The translations under genes were made by a program, and so were the position numbers. A stretch of DNA of 32,000 bases, from contig NZ_AP028907.1 of the NCBI RefSeq assembly GCF_036323395.1, forward strand, positions 2,192,220 through 2,224,219, in the 5' to 3' direction. The DNA is from Pyrodictium abyssi. GTDB taxonomy: Archaea > Thermoproteota > Thermoprotei_A > Sulfolobales > Pyrodictiaceae. The notes under the pieces were generated by a model that worked only from the letters and a program-made list of their open reading frames with translations, did not search any database and was not told where the DNA came from. Of this stretch, positions 1 to 8,103 are shown piece after piece (within the stretch, counting starts at the first letter, position 1; each line of letters opens with the position of its first letter).

Positions 1-416
1 CACGCGTACTCATAAATATACGCTCCATCGGTTACAGTGCCCTTATCAATGTCCATTCCATTTACTTCATAGCCGCATATACTGCCATTTTTGACTGCAT
101 TCTCTAAGCTTCTTACGTAGTTCAGTATCTCTTTAACATCAGTATATATAAATAGCATGTCGGGCTGCGGGTATTTATCTTGAAGTATGTCTTCACGATT
201 TGACTTTGATCCAAGGTGCGTTATAGCTATCCTGAGCACTTCGACGAGCGGTTCTGGGCATGTATATTCTCCACTAGTCCAGCTGGATAGAAGGCCTAAT
301 GCTCTAGCAGCACCTATCGTTATATACCAGGTTGCGTTCCCTACGATGAGCTGTGTGTTCTCTTCATTAATTGGTTGTGCCTCTCGAAGAGCCTTATGTA
401 GGCACTCCTCGGGCAA
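1..416 (-). CDS. hypothetical protein, 3' end runs off the window (not in the ORF track because no stop is seen)
   Basis: The minus-strand frame is open from 464 to the window edge. Translation: ...IFYRLPEECLHKALREAQPINEENTQLIVGNATWYITIGAARALGLLSSWTSGEYTCPEPLVEVLRIAITHLGSKSNREDILQDKYPQPDMLFIYTDVKEILNYVRSLENAVKNGSICGYEVNGMDIDKG... The only candidate start is TTG at 416-414. No family recognised. AT-rich context. Confidence 0.45.
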   Translation of the reverse strand, partial: MPEECLHKALREAQPINEENTQLIVGNATWYITIGAARALGLLSSWTSGEYTCPEPLVEVLRIAITHLGSKSNREDILQDKYPQPDMLFIYTDVKEILNYVRSLENAVKNGSICGYEVNGMDIDKGTVTDGAYIYEYA

Positions 417-542
417 ACGATAAAATATTGCGTGTGCCCATGTAGCTTCACCAATATAACAGCCTCAGCGCGGGAGTAACTTAGATTTATTTCATGAGAA
501 GAGGATAATATACGGTACGTCATCCGGCCAGTTTTTCGAGGA

Positions 543-735
543 TTAGCAATCGTCTTGGAGGCAGTTGTATAGCTTTTCACAGCTCGCCAATATTTCGAGC
601 AGCTGGTAGGCATTATGTATCGTTCTGGCTAGCATGCCTTGGCGCTCATTCTGCTAGCAAATGCTAGCATTGCGAGATTCGTCATTACATATTGGACACT
701 GGGTTACTGACTTGTTGTGATTCGCCTGGCTTGGG
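543..735 (-). pseudogene. C-terminal remnant of a second TGT-fold (DpdA-like) gene, with an in-frame TAG and no catalytic N-terminal part
   Basis: Minus-strand translation: ...KSVTQCPICNDESRNASIC*QNERQGMLARTIHNAYQLLEILASCEKLYNCLQDDC*. This aligns with the C-terminus of the intact gene at 5091..6068 (KCSCPVCRTEPEALAEWGRRGLLARTVHNAYQLLEVLEDPEKAAKLL). In-frame TAG at 654-656. The remnant abuts the vapC stop at 737. Confidence 0.6.
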
Positions 736-736
736 G

Positions 737-1216
737 CTAGATAATTCTCTCTAATTCTTTCTCCGGCACAGCTCTTAATAGTAGTGCTCTGGCTCCAATC
801 CTGGATGCATGCATACTCATAGCCTCGTCGTCTGTGACTAGTATGGCGTTTCTCCTCCAGGCTAGGGCTATTATGTAGGCGTCGAAGCCCGAGCTCCCGG
901 TCCTTATTGCTACCTCTAGTGCGTCTTCCCGGATCTCCTCCTCGAATACGATAGTGTAGTCTCTCGTGGATTTGAGGGACTCGACTATCTCTCTTGCCAG
1001 CTTCTCGCCCGCTAGCCTGGAGATTACGGCTCCCGTCTCGACTATAACGGGGTACGGTAGCAGAACCTCGTACTCCCTGTCTCTAAGCAGCCTTATGACC
1101 ATTCTAGCCTTGCGGTGTGTCTCCAGCTCCCTGCGGTAGATGTTGCTGGGGAGCCAGCGGCCTGGCCTCAGTACGGACTTCACGAGCACGCTACTATCTA
1201 GTACCACCTTTCCCAA
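737..1216 (-). CDS. vapC: PIN-domain ribonuclease toxin (VapC family)
   Basis: 159 aa with the PIN acidic residues in the expected order: VVLDSSVL, VIVETG, SGFDAYIIA, LVTDDE. It overlaps the upstream antitoxin gene. The start may instead be GTG at 1207. Confidence 0.85.
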   Translation of the reverse strand: MGKVVLDSSVLVKSVLRPGRWLPSNIYRRELETHRKARMVIRLLRDREYEVLLPYPVIVETGAVISRLAGEKLAREIVESLKSTRDYTIVFEEEIREDALEVAIRTGSSGFDAYIIALAWRRNAILVTDDEAMSMHASRIGARALLLRAVPEKELERII

Positions 1217-1401
1217 CGCATGCGGGCCTCCCGGAGCACCTTGTCAACATCCTCTTTGGCCTCCACGCTGACTTTCTCTATAAGTTCGGGAAATTCCTCG
1301 GGTAGGAGTTGTACTCTGAGTTCCTCGCCTTCCCTCAGCTCTAGGGGCTCGAGGGGCTTCAGCACGCCATTCTCGTAGCGGACCCGGATTACCTTGGACA
1401 T
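1198..1401 (-). CDS. DUF104/AF2212-like antitoxin (VapB partner)
   Basis: 67 aa starting MSKVIRVRYENGVLKPLEPLELREGEEL. Four small proteins in this window share this N-terminal signature. It lies immediately upstream of the PIN gene and overlaps it. Confidence 0.8.
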   Translation of the reverse strand: MSKVIRVRYENGVLKPLEPLELREGEELRVQLLPEEFPELIEKVSVEAKEDVDKVLREARMRWERWY

Positions 1402-1565
1402 GTACTCGTCCCTAGAGTTCTAGTGCTTGCTTAGCCCAATTAACCCCTGCCCTAGCAGGGCGTGTCCTAAGCACTCTCTGCTCGGAGGCGGCTGATAATC
1501 GCTGCTACGGTGTGCCCTCGCTTAAGCGCCCCTATCTGGGTCTACTTGGCTTATCATGCCCCGGC

Positions 1566-3575
1566 CTATGCTGTTCGGTGGCCTATTGCTGCTGGTGCGC
1601 TTACTAGGCCTAGGTAGCCTCCGTGGACTGCGTAGCTGGAGAGTACTGCGGCGTAGTCGGCGTAGAATGGTAGTCGTTTGCGGTACTCGGTGGGGAGTTG
1701 TAGCTCTTCTGCGGTCTTGCGGTCTGTCCTCATGTATATCTTGGTGTTGGCTAGTGTGACGACGAGTGGGCTGAGGTCGCTCTCCCTGTGAGTGGATAGT
1801 AGCAGGGATATTCCGCGGCTCCTGCCTAGCCTTGCTAGGCGCTCTAGGGTTCTCCGGAGCATCTCTGCGTACTCGCCGCCGCCCCGTGGGAAGAAGAGGT
1901 GGGCTTCGTCGACGACTAGGAGTATCCGGCCGGGCCCGGTGCCTTTCTCTGCTGTTGATGCTAGGCTACGGAGGAGCTGGTAGCCTAGCAGCACTTTTAC
2001 CGCTGTGGGGTCGCTCTCCGACCTTGTGGCCGCGTAGCCTAGGTCGAGCATGAGCGTATTCACGCCGAGGCTTTCCATGGCGTTGGCTAGCTCGTTGTAG
2101 TCTATCCCTGGTGCCGCCGTGTTTATCACCCCGGTGTTTGCGAGGACTCGTAGCCGGCGGAGCAGGTGCTGTAGCGTCGCCTCGGGCGCGTAGCGCTTAG
2201 CCTCCTGTATCTTGCGCTCTATGCAGTAGGCGAGCTTGGCGGGGTGTGGAATGCGGCAGCCCAGTGAGTCTACTAGCGCTGGGAGGGCTTCGCGGGCGCG
2301 CTCTGTCATGTAGGGGTCTATCTCCGATAGCTGCCTGGGATCTCTCAGCTCTATGCCCCGAGGCGCGATATACACGCTCACTGTCTTCTCGCCGCCGCAC
2401 TCCACGGTGTACCAGGCCTCGTAGACGTATGGGGCGCCGGTGTCGTGGACCACGGGGCCGTCTACGAGCCTGCATTCTCCCCCGGCGCGGCTGTACATGG
2501 CTCTGGCTATCCCGGCCAGGGTCTCGGCGTACCGTTTTGCCTCGCTCTGGGGGCTGCAGTTGTCGCCGGGGCAGGGTATGACCACGAGGCCTCTTAGAGA
2601 GGGCCCCTTCACGGGCTCACCGGGCTCGGCCTCTACGCCGTATAGCCTGAGTATGCCCGCCCTCTTCGCGTCCACCAGGACCCGGGGGATGTAGCCCGGG
2701 AAGAGCCCGGCTACGTAGTCCTGGTTAGCGTCGAGCACTACTATGTGGACGTCTCCTCCCTGGGTCCTTGAGACGCTGTAGAGGATGTTCTTTACGAGGC
2801 TCGTCTTACCGCTCCCCGTGGTCCCGGTCACGAGGATGTGCTTCACCATCACGCTCCAGGGGAGGGACACGGGCACCGGTGAGCCGGCTGCGAGGTACGG
2901 CCGGTCCATTATCGCTAGTGCTCCTAGCGTGACATCGCCCCGTGGGGCTATGAGCGCTGAGAGGACCGCGGGGTGCGGTATCGCTACGGGGCTGCCCGGG
3001 TCTATGGGGAAGGATGGGGCTAGCTTCTCCGCCTCCGCGAGGATCCCGGCCAGCTCCTCTACGCTGCGTGCACGCGAGGCCTCCTCTAGCCCCTCCCGGC
3101 CCAGGTGGACTGCCAGCACGGGCCTAACATAGACCCGGATGCTGACAACGTTGCCCGCTACTGTTATCGGGCTGGGCCTGGCGAGCGGTATGCTCGTGAG
3201 AGGCTCCTGCGCACCGAGCACCCCCGGTATGCTGGAGCGCGTAGACTCGGCCACCTCGCCGAGGACCACGCTCGCCGTCTTTAGGTCTACTATGGCGTAG
3301 AAGTAGCCCGGCGAGAACACCTCAGGGTGGCTATGGGCTAGCCCTATCCAGGCCTCTGGCGCCAAATCCACGGGGACCAGGTCGGAGCCTATATCCCGGG
3401 ACGCCGAGACGCGGCCTACGAGCCAGCCGTACTGCTGGAGCGTCTCGACCCCAAGCTCCGCCGCGAGGAGCCTTGCAAGCCTCTCCGCCGCCTCCACCAT
3501 CTCCTCGTAGCGCTGGACTATGCGGCGGCGCTCGTTCACCAGCCTCTCGAAGCCCGCGCCCTCGCCGCCGGTCAC
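1566..3575 (-). CDS. herA: HerA-like FtsK/HerA-superfamily ATPase (DUF87)
   Basis: 669 aa. Walker A ILVTGTTGSGKTSLV, Walker B ILLVVDEAHLFFP, C-terminal LGRSRGISLLLSTHRESDL...ANTKIYMRTD. The GTG start overlaps the upstream stop (GTGA, 3572-3575). Confidence 0.85.
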   Translation of the reverse strand: MTGGEGAGFERLVNERRRIVQRYEEMVEAAERLARLLAAELGVETLQQYGWLVGRVSASRDIGSDLVPVDLAPEAWIGLAHSHPEVFSPGYFYAIVDLKTASVVLGEVAESTRSSIPGVLGAQEPLTSIPLARPSPITVAGNVVSIRVYVRPVLAVHLGREGLEEASRARSVEELAGILAEAEKLAPSFPIDPGSPVAIPHPAVLSALIAPRGDVTLGALAIMDRPYLAAGSPVPVSLPWSVMVKHILVTGTTGSGKTSLVKNILYSVSRTQGGDVHIVVLDANQDYVAGLFPGYIPRVLVDAKRAGILRLYGVEAEPGEPVKGPSLRGLVVIPCPGDNCSPQSEAKRYAETLAGIARAMYSRAGGECRLVDGPVVHDTGAPYVYEAWYTVECGGEKTVSVYIAPRGIELRDPRQLSEIDPYMTERAREALPALVDSLGCRIPHPAKLAYCIERKIQEAKRYAPEATLQHLLRRLRVLANTGVINTAAPGIDYNELANAMESLGVNTLMLDLGYAATRSESDPTAVKVLLGYQLLRSLASTAEKGTGPGRILLVVDEAHLFFPRGGGEYAEMLRRTLERLARLGRSRGISLLLSTHRESDLSPLVVTLANTKIYMRTDRKTAEELQLPTEYRKRLPFYADYAAVLSSYAVHGGYLGLVSAPAAIGHRTA

Positions 3576-4012
3576 CCTGCAGCCCCCTGCTCGGCCATAG
3601 ATAGGTGTGTCTCGTAGCTGAAGCCGACAGCGTGGCGTAGAGTGTTGTAGAGGAGCCTAGCACTATGTCTGGAGACTCTGCGCGCGGCATAGTCAGCCAG
3701 CCCTACCGGGATGGGGACCGGCGCGGCGTCGGGGTAGCCCATGAGCTCTACTATACCCGCCAGCAGCTCCAGGTCGGCGTCGAGCATAGCTCGGAACCTC
3801 AGCCTATCAAAGCCTACACCACCACTGCCGTCCACGGTGACGCCGCATCCCTTCACGGGGGCAGCCGGCATCTCTACCCGTAGGAGCACCCGGCCGTGGA
3901 GCGGCGACGGGACGTAGAGGTAGTAGCTCCTCTTGACCAGCACCTTCTGTGTAAACACTCTCCCGAAGCCCTGGAGCCCCAGCACATCAGCAACGCTGCG
4001 GCCGTCACGCAC
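3572..4012 (-). CDS. probable C-terminal portion of the NurA-like nuclease (listed as a separate 146 aa ORF)
   Basis: It is in the same frame as 4091..4990, separated only by TGA at 4091-4093 and 26 open codons. It contains PIPVGLADYAARRV, which resembles the C-terminal NurA motif. It is coupled to herA by a 4-nt overlap. Confidence 0.45.
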   Translation of the reverse strand: MRDGRSVADVLGLQGFGRVFTQKVLVKRSYYLYVPSPLHGRVLLRVEMPAAPVKGCGVTVDGSGGVGFDRLRFRAMLDADLELLAGIVELMGYPDAAPVPIPVGLADYAARRVSRHSARLLYNTLRHAVGFSYETHLSMAEQGAAG

Positions 4013-4090
4013 AGACGGCTGGTAGGCGTCCAGCCTGCTCCCGTGGCTGCCCCCGGGGCTTGTGAGTCCCCGTAGCGCTGGGCCCCATCC

Positions 4091-4990
4091 TCACCGTACT
4101 CGACCTCGGCAGGGTGGCTGCAGCGCTACGGGGACCTGGTAGCCGCCCACCCACCTCCGGGGCCCGTAGGCGCGGACAAGCATCTCGACGAGCTGGACAT
4201 CCCTCGAGGCATACAGCCCGCTTGCCTCCACCTTTCTCCTCCACTCTTTATCCGCCACTAGAGCCGAGGCGAGGAAGCGGCTCCTCTCGAGCCTCTTCAC
4301 GACTCCTACTAGCCTTACGCCGTGCTGCAGCGCCTCCTCTATCAGCTTGCCCCGGTCGAGCACATTGACGAGGTAGCTTAGAGCATAGTAGGCCTTCAGC
4401 ACAGTATAGGGCGAGAGGGCAGCGGGGCCGCCGCTCTGGGCTACCTGCACGAAGAGCCCCGGCGTGTTGAATACCGGGCCGTCTACGAGCACTAGGGAGC
4501 CGCCGGGGACCCAGCCTAGCAGCCATTCTAGCGCCCTATTCTCCAGCCACATCCTGTTCTCGTCGAGCATCGTCTGCCTATTGAAGCCATTCCAGTAGTC
4601 TAGCTCGGCTATAACCCGGCAGTAGGCGGGCCTGCTTCCCCCGCTGCAGCCGGGTAGAAGCGAGGCGTAGACGCGCGGGTCAACTAGCGGCGAGTCGGCT
4701 ACAAGGCCGCCGAACGACGCTGAGGCGGCGTAGCCTAGCCCTAGGCTGACCACGGGCTCCTGGCCTAGCTCGAGGCGGGGAAGGACACCGGTATCCGGGT
4801 AGGAGCCCACCAGTACTACACTGGATACGTGGGAGACGGCGACGCTGTAGACCCCTAGGAGGAGCGTTGTCGCTTCTAGCTGCTGGCTGCTGCCATCCAG
4901 CCCGTAGGCTTCTAGGCGGCCTGGCGGCTCGGGGAGCCGGGACCACACCACTCTGCCATGCGCCGCATCTTCGCGGTCCTCCTCCGTCAC
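4091..4990 (-). CDS. nurA: NurA-domain nuclease-like protein (N-terminal part, or a truncated form)
   Basis: 299 aa with NurA-like motifs AYGLDGSSQQLE, ENRMWLENRALEWLL and LVLVDGPVFNTPG. It lies upstream of herA on the same strand. GTG start. Confidence 0.65.
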   Translation of the reverse strand: MTEEDREDAAHGRVVWSRLPEPPGRLEAYGLDGSSQQLEATTLLLGVYSVAVSHVSSVVLVGSYPDTGVLPRLELGQEPVVSLGLGYAASASFGGLVADSPLVDPRVYASLLPGCSGGSRPAYCRVIAELDYWNGFNRQTMLDENRMWLENRALEWLLGWVPGGSLVLVDGPVFNTPGLFVQVAQSGGPAALSPYTVLKAYYALSYLVNVLDRGKLIEEALQHGVRLVGVVKRLERSRFLASALVADKEWRRKVEASGLYASRDVQLVEMLVRAYGPRRWVGGYQVPVALQPPCRGRVR

Positions 4991-5090
4991 GCCGGCGCCG
5001 CCTATGCTTGCTGGGCGTGGCTGGCTGGTAGAGGCTATGCGTAGCAGCTCGCCTGCGAGGCCCGCTATGTCCAGGAGTGTGGCAAGAGCT

Positions 5091-6068
5091 ATGACCGTGG
5101 TCTACTTCGTCCACAGCCTGACACAGTTCAGCCCAAGGCTCTGGCGCACACTAGGCCACCCATACGTGATGGTCTCCGCCGACGACGCGGCCCGCGACCC
5201 CCAGAGAGCCGTCCAGCTCCTCAGAGGCCTCAACGTCATAGTGGACAGCGGCGGCTACCGGCTCATAAGCCGCGGGAGGCTGCCCAGCCCCGAGGAGGTC
5301 CTAGAGGTACAGCGGACGCTAGCCGACGAGGTGGGCGCAGAGCCCGTCGCGCTCGACACCCCGGTCCCCCACCCCCTAAGGGCGGGGGACGCCGACTTCC
5401 GCGCCGCAAACGAGGCCACGGCGAGAAACGCCCGGCTATGGGCCCGGGTATTCGGGGACCACTTCATCTACCCCCTCCACGCCCATACACCGGGCCAGCT
5501 CCGGGACGCCCTCCAGAGGCTCCGCCAAGCCGCCCCCACGGTCGAGGCCGTAGGGCTCGGAAGCCTAGCACCCCTCGCGCGCCACCGGCCAGCCCAGGCG
5601 CTGAGGCTAATAGCGTACGCGCGGAGCATGATAGACAAGCGCATCCACGTCTTCGGGGCCGGTAACAGCCTCCTCGCAGCACTAGTGCTCCACAGGCTAG
5701 CAGACACGGCTGATACGAGTAGCCCGCTCCAGGACGCTCGCTACGGGCTAGCCCGGCACCCCAAGACACTAGCCATGACGCTCACAGCGCCCCGCCGCGC
5801 TCAGGGGAGACCGCGCGCAGAGCCACACGAGATAGCGGCGAAGTGCAGCTGCCCAGTCTGCAGGACCGAGCCAGAAGCTCTGGCAGAATGGGGCCGTAGA
5901 GGCCTCCTAGCCAGGACCGTTCACAACGCCTACCAGCTACTAGAAGTGCTAGAGGACCCCGAGAAGGCGGCAAAGCTGCTAGCGAGGCGGCCACAGCTAG
6001 CAGCTGCGCTGGCAGAGACCCGGCCTGGGAGAGGCTCCGTGGCTGCAGGGCTGCCCGGCAAGGCTTGA
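5091..6068 (+). CDS. TGT-fold transglycosylase, short DpdA-like form (no arcTGT N-terminal motif and no PUA domain)
   Basis: IVDSGGYRLIS (TGT DSGGfQ motif, 5244-5258), PVALDTP, IHVFGAGNSL...DTADTSSP...ARYG, and a Zn motif CSCPVC (5844-5861) followed by ARTVHNAYQLLEVL. The ORF opens at 5004; ATG at 5091 (MTVVYFVHS) is the more plausible start. Divergent from the nurA/herA operon. Confidence 0.75.
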   Translation: MTVVYFVHSLTQFSPRLWRTLGHPYVMVSADDAARDPQRAVQLLRGLNVIVDSGGYRLISRGRLPSPEEVLEVQRTLADEVGAEPVALDTPVPHPLRAGDADFRAANEATARNARLWARVFGDHFIYPLHAHTPGQLRDALQRLRQAAPTVEAVGLGSLAPLARHRPAQALRLIAYARSMIDKRIHVFGAGNSLLAALVLHRLADTADTSSPLQDARYGLARHPKTLAMTLTAPRRAQGRPRAEPHEIAAKCSCPVCRTEPEALAEWGRRGLLARTVHNAYQLLEVLEDPEKAAKLLARRPQLAAALAETRPGRGSVAAGLPGKA

Positions 6069-6520
6069 TAGTCTCCTCCCCGGCTTCCGTGGAGAGGGGC
6101 AGGCCTACTGTGCACGGGGAGCAGCTACGCTGCCTCGCCGGCGTGGCGTCGAGGTGGCGTCTCCGCTACCTGGTGGTCTTCGGGTCCCAGGCTAGGGGCT
6201 ACGCGGGGCCTCACAGCGACTACGACGTGGCCGTCAAGGCCGGCAGGAGGCTAGCCTTCGTGGAGCGTGGCCTCCTCTACACGGAGCTAGAGAGGTGTGT
6301 AGACGGGCGGCTCGACCTACTGTTCATAGACGACTGGGACCCCATAGCCGTGTGGGAGGCGCTAGCACACGGGAGGCTAGTCTACCACTGCGGGGCCCAG
6401 TGCCTCCGCGAATACTACGAGGACCTCGCCCGAGCCATAGACGAGGTAGCAGACCTAGAACCCATCCTGGTGCTCTTCCGGAGGGAGATGCAGCGTGCCC
6501 TCGCCGGGCCTAGTAGCTAG
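6065..6520 (+). CDS. minimal nucleotidyltransferase (MNT) antitoxin of an HEPN-MNT pair
   Basis: LVVFGSQARGYAGPHSDYDVAV matches the GSxxRG...DxD nucleotidyltransferase signature. The start is uncertain: TTG at 6065 overlaps the TGT-like stop, and GTG at 6110 is an in-frame alternative. Confidence 0.8.
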   Translation: MIVSSPASVERGRPTVHGEQLRCLAGVASRWRLRYLVVFGSQARGYAGPHSDYDVAVKAGRRLAFVERGLLYTELERCVDGRLDLLFIDDWDPIAVWEALAHGRLVYHCGAQCLREYYEDLARAIDEVADLEPILVLFRREMQRALAGPSS

Positions 6521-6920
6521 GGTGACGCGGGCCCGGAGGAGCCTCGAGAGGCTTAGGAGGCTGGCCTCGATGCCCTGGGAGGAGTACAGCGTAGACGAGG
6601 ACGCGCAGGCGCTAGCGGAGAGGCACCTCCACATACTCCTGGAGTCCATCCTCGACCTCGCAGCGTTCATCGCCGCCCGCCGCGGCCTGGCATGGAGCCC
6701 GACCTACCGCGGTGTAGTCGAGGCCCTCGTGGCCAGCGGCCTCGTGCCAGAGGAGCTAAGGAGCCTCGCCCTCTCAGCAGCCGGCATGAGGAACATACTG
6801 GTCCACGGCTACGCGGAGGTACGGCACGACATAATCTACGAAGTACTCCGACACGACCTAGACCGGCTAGAAAGACTCCTCGACACGCTGTGGAGGGAAG
6901 CAGAGAACCTAGACCCCTAG
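6495..6920 (+). CDS. HEPN-domain (DUF86) toxin of an HEPN-MNT pair
   Basis: 141 aa with an Rx4-6H motif (MRNILVHGY). Helical. Overlaps the MNT gene end. An alternative in-frame GTG start is at 6522. Confidence 0.8.
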   Translation: MPSPGLVARVTRARRSLERLRRLASMPWEEYSVDEDAQALAERHLHILLESILDLAAFIAARRGLAWSPTYRGVVEALVASGLVPEELRSLALSAAGMRNILVHGYAEVRHDIIYEVLRHDLDRLERLLDTLWREAENLDP

Positions 6921-6966
6921 CACCAACCACTCCGGCACCACATATACGCCTCCCCTAGGGCCGTGT

Positions 6967-7302
6967 ATGCCGGGGCGTTGGGCTGTGGCCTACGCTGGTG
7001 CTGCGGCTGCCGCGGCTGGGGCCTCGGCGTCTGCCCAGGCCAAGGCGTTCACCTACGGCTTCCTCGTAGTGGAGCCCAGCGAGTTTCTGAAGCTACTGGG
7101 CAGGAGCAAGGAGCCGGTGGTGGTTGTTGTCCGCCGGCGCGTCGGGATACTGAACCGGAGGGACGAGCTCGTCTACATAGCCGGGTACGGCGACTTCACG
7201 GTGCTTACCCGGTCCCCAGAGCCACTACCCCTACCCCCAGGGACCGAGGTCATAGAGGCCCGGAAGCTAGTGCTCCCGCCCGCAGTCCTGACAGCACTCT
7301 AG
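6967..7302 (+). CDS. hypothetical small protein with an Ala-rich signal-like N-terminus
   Basis: The 111 aa frame (…AFTYGFLVVEPSEFLKLLGRSKEPVVVVVRRRVGILNRRDELVYIAGYGDFTVL…) looks protein-like. The overlapping 6963..7337 frame is Arg/Gly-rich. No family recognised. Confidence 0.35.
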   Translation: MPGRWAVAYAGAAAAAAGASASAQAKAFTYGFLVVEPSEFLKLLGRSKEPVVVVVRRRVGILNRRDELVYIAGYGDFTVLTRSPEPLPLPPGTEVIEARKLVLPPAVLTAL

Positions 7303-7439
7303 CCCGGAGACTCGTCGTCCCAGCCGGGGTCAGTTAGACGCCCGCGGATATGCCTGGTCTCGCGTGCTGGGGGTGCTGCCTCTCTACATTGCCATGCAGT
7401 GTAGGGCCCCGTGGGCGCGCCGCCCTAGGCCATGGTCTG

Positions 7440-8036
7440 CTAGTCTCTGTGGTGGCGTGACATCTCTCTTAGTTTCTCGTGGAGCCTCTGCAGAGCCTCC
7501 TGGTGCTCTCTGGTCCACTTGCCCTGGCTCTCTAGCCTCGGCTTTACCTGCTCCTCGACTATCTCGGCTAGCTTGCCTAGGATGGATGCGATGTCCCTTG
7601 CAGCCTCTCCGCGGTCTGGGTACTTGCTCAGCTCCCCGGAGGGGTCTGGGCCGTGGTACTGGTAGTCGTGGAGCTCGAGCGCTGTGCTGGTGAGGTGCGT
7701 GTAGTATGGCACCCCAGCGGCCTCCTCTACGAGCCTTGCTAGGGGCTTGAGCCGGCTGCTAGGCACCCGAGGTACCCCGACCTCCTCTAGCCATTTCCTC
7801 TCCTTCTCGCCTAACATCTCTACTATCCTGTCCCTCTCTAGGGCTAGCAGCGCTGCTGTTAGCGCCCGCCACGCCTGGAACGCCTTACCCGCAGCGTTCC
7901 TGGTGTAGCCCTCCTCGAGGAATCGTAGCGCTATCTGAGCTTCTAGGAGAGCTTCCAGTGCCCGGGCAGAGGCGTAGCCCACTAGGTCTCGCCGGGGCTT
8001 GGGCAGGGGCTGCTCGAGTAGCGCTGCGGGGTTCAA
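7440..8036 (-). CDS. PaREP1-family (HEPN-like helical) protein
   Basis: 198 aa. FLEEGYTRNAAGKAFQAWRALTAALLALE and LELHDYQYHGPDP resemble the archaeal PaREP1 family as I recall it. TTG start. Confidence 0.5.
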   Translation of the reverse strand: MNPAALLEQPLPKPRRDLVGYASARALEALLEAQIALRFLEEGYTRNAAGKAFQAWRALTAALLALERDRIVEMLGEKERKWLEEVGVPRVPSSRLKPLARLVEEAAGVPYYTHLTSTALELHDYQYHGPDPSGELSKYPDRGEAARDIASILGKLAEIVEEQVKPRLESQGKWTREHQEALQRLHEKLREMSRHHRD

Positions 8037-8103
8037 AGCCGCTGTACCCAGAGGGATGGGTAGAGGGCTGCCTGGCTCCTATAGTGTTGCCCCGCTAGAA
8101 CAC

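Noticed and set aside
187-613. Listed ORFs 187..423(+) and 341..613(-).
   Set aside because: A different minus-strand frame gives a much more protein-like continuous translation to the window edge. The region 543-656 matches the TGT-like C-terminus in another frame.
4091-4093. Programmed recoding (selenocysteine or pyrrolysine) at the in-frame TGA and TAG codons (4091, 22958, 23363, 654).
   Set aside because: No SECIS-like element or Sec/Pyl machinery is evident, and these lineages are not known to use either. Simple nonsense mutation (TGG to TGA, TAY to TAG) fits the local sequence context.
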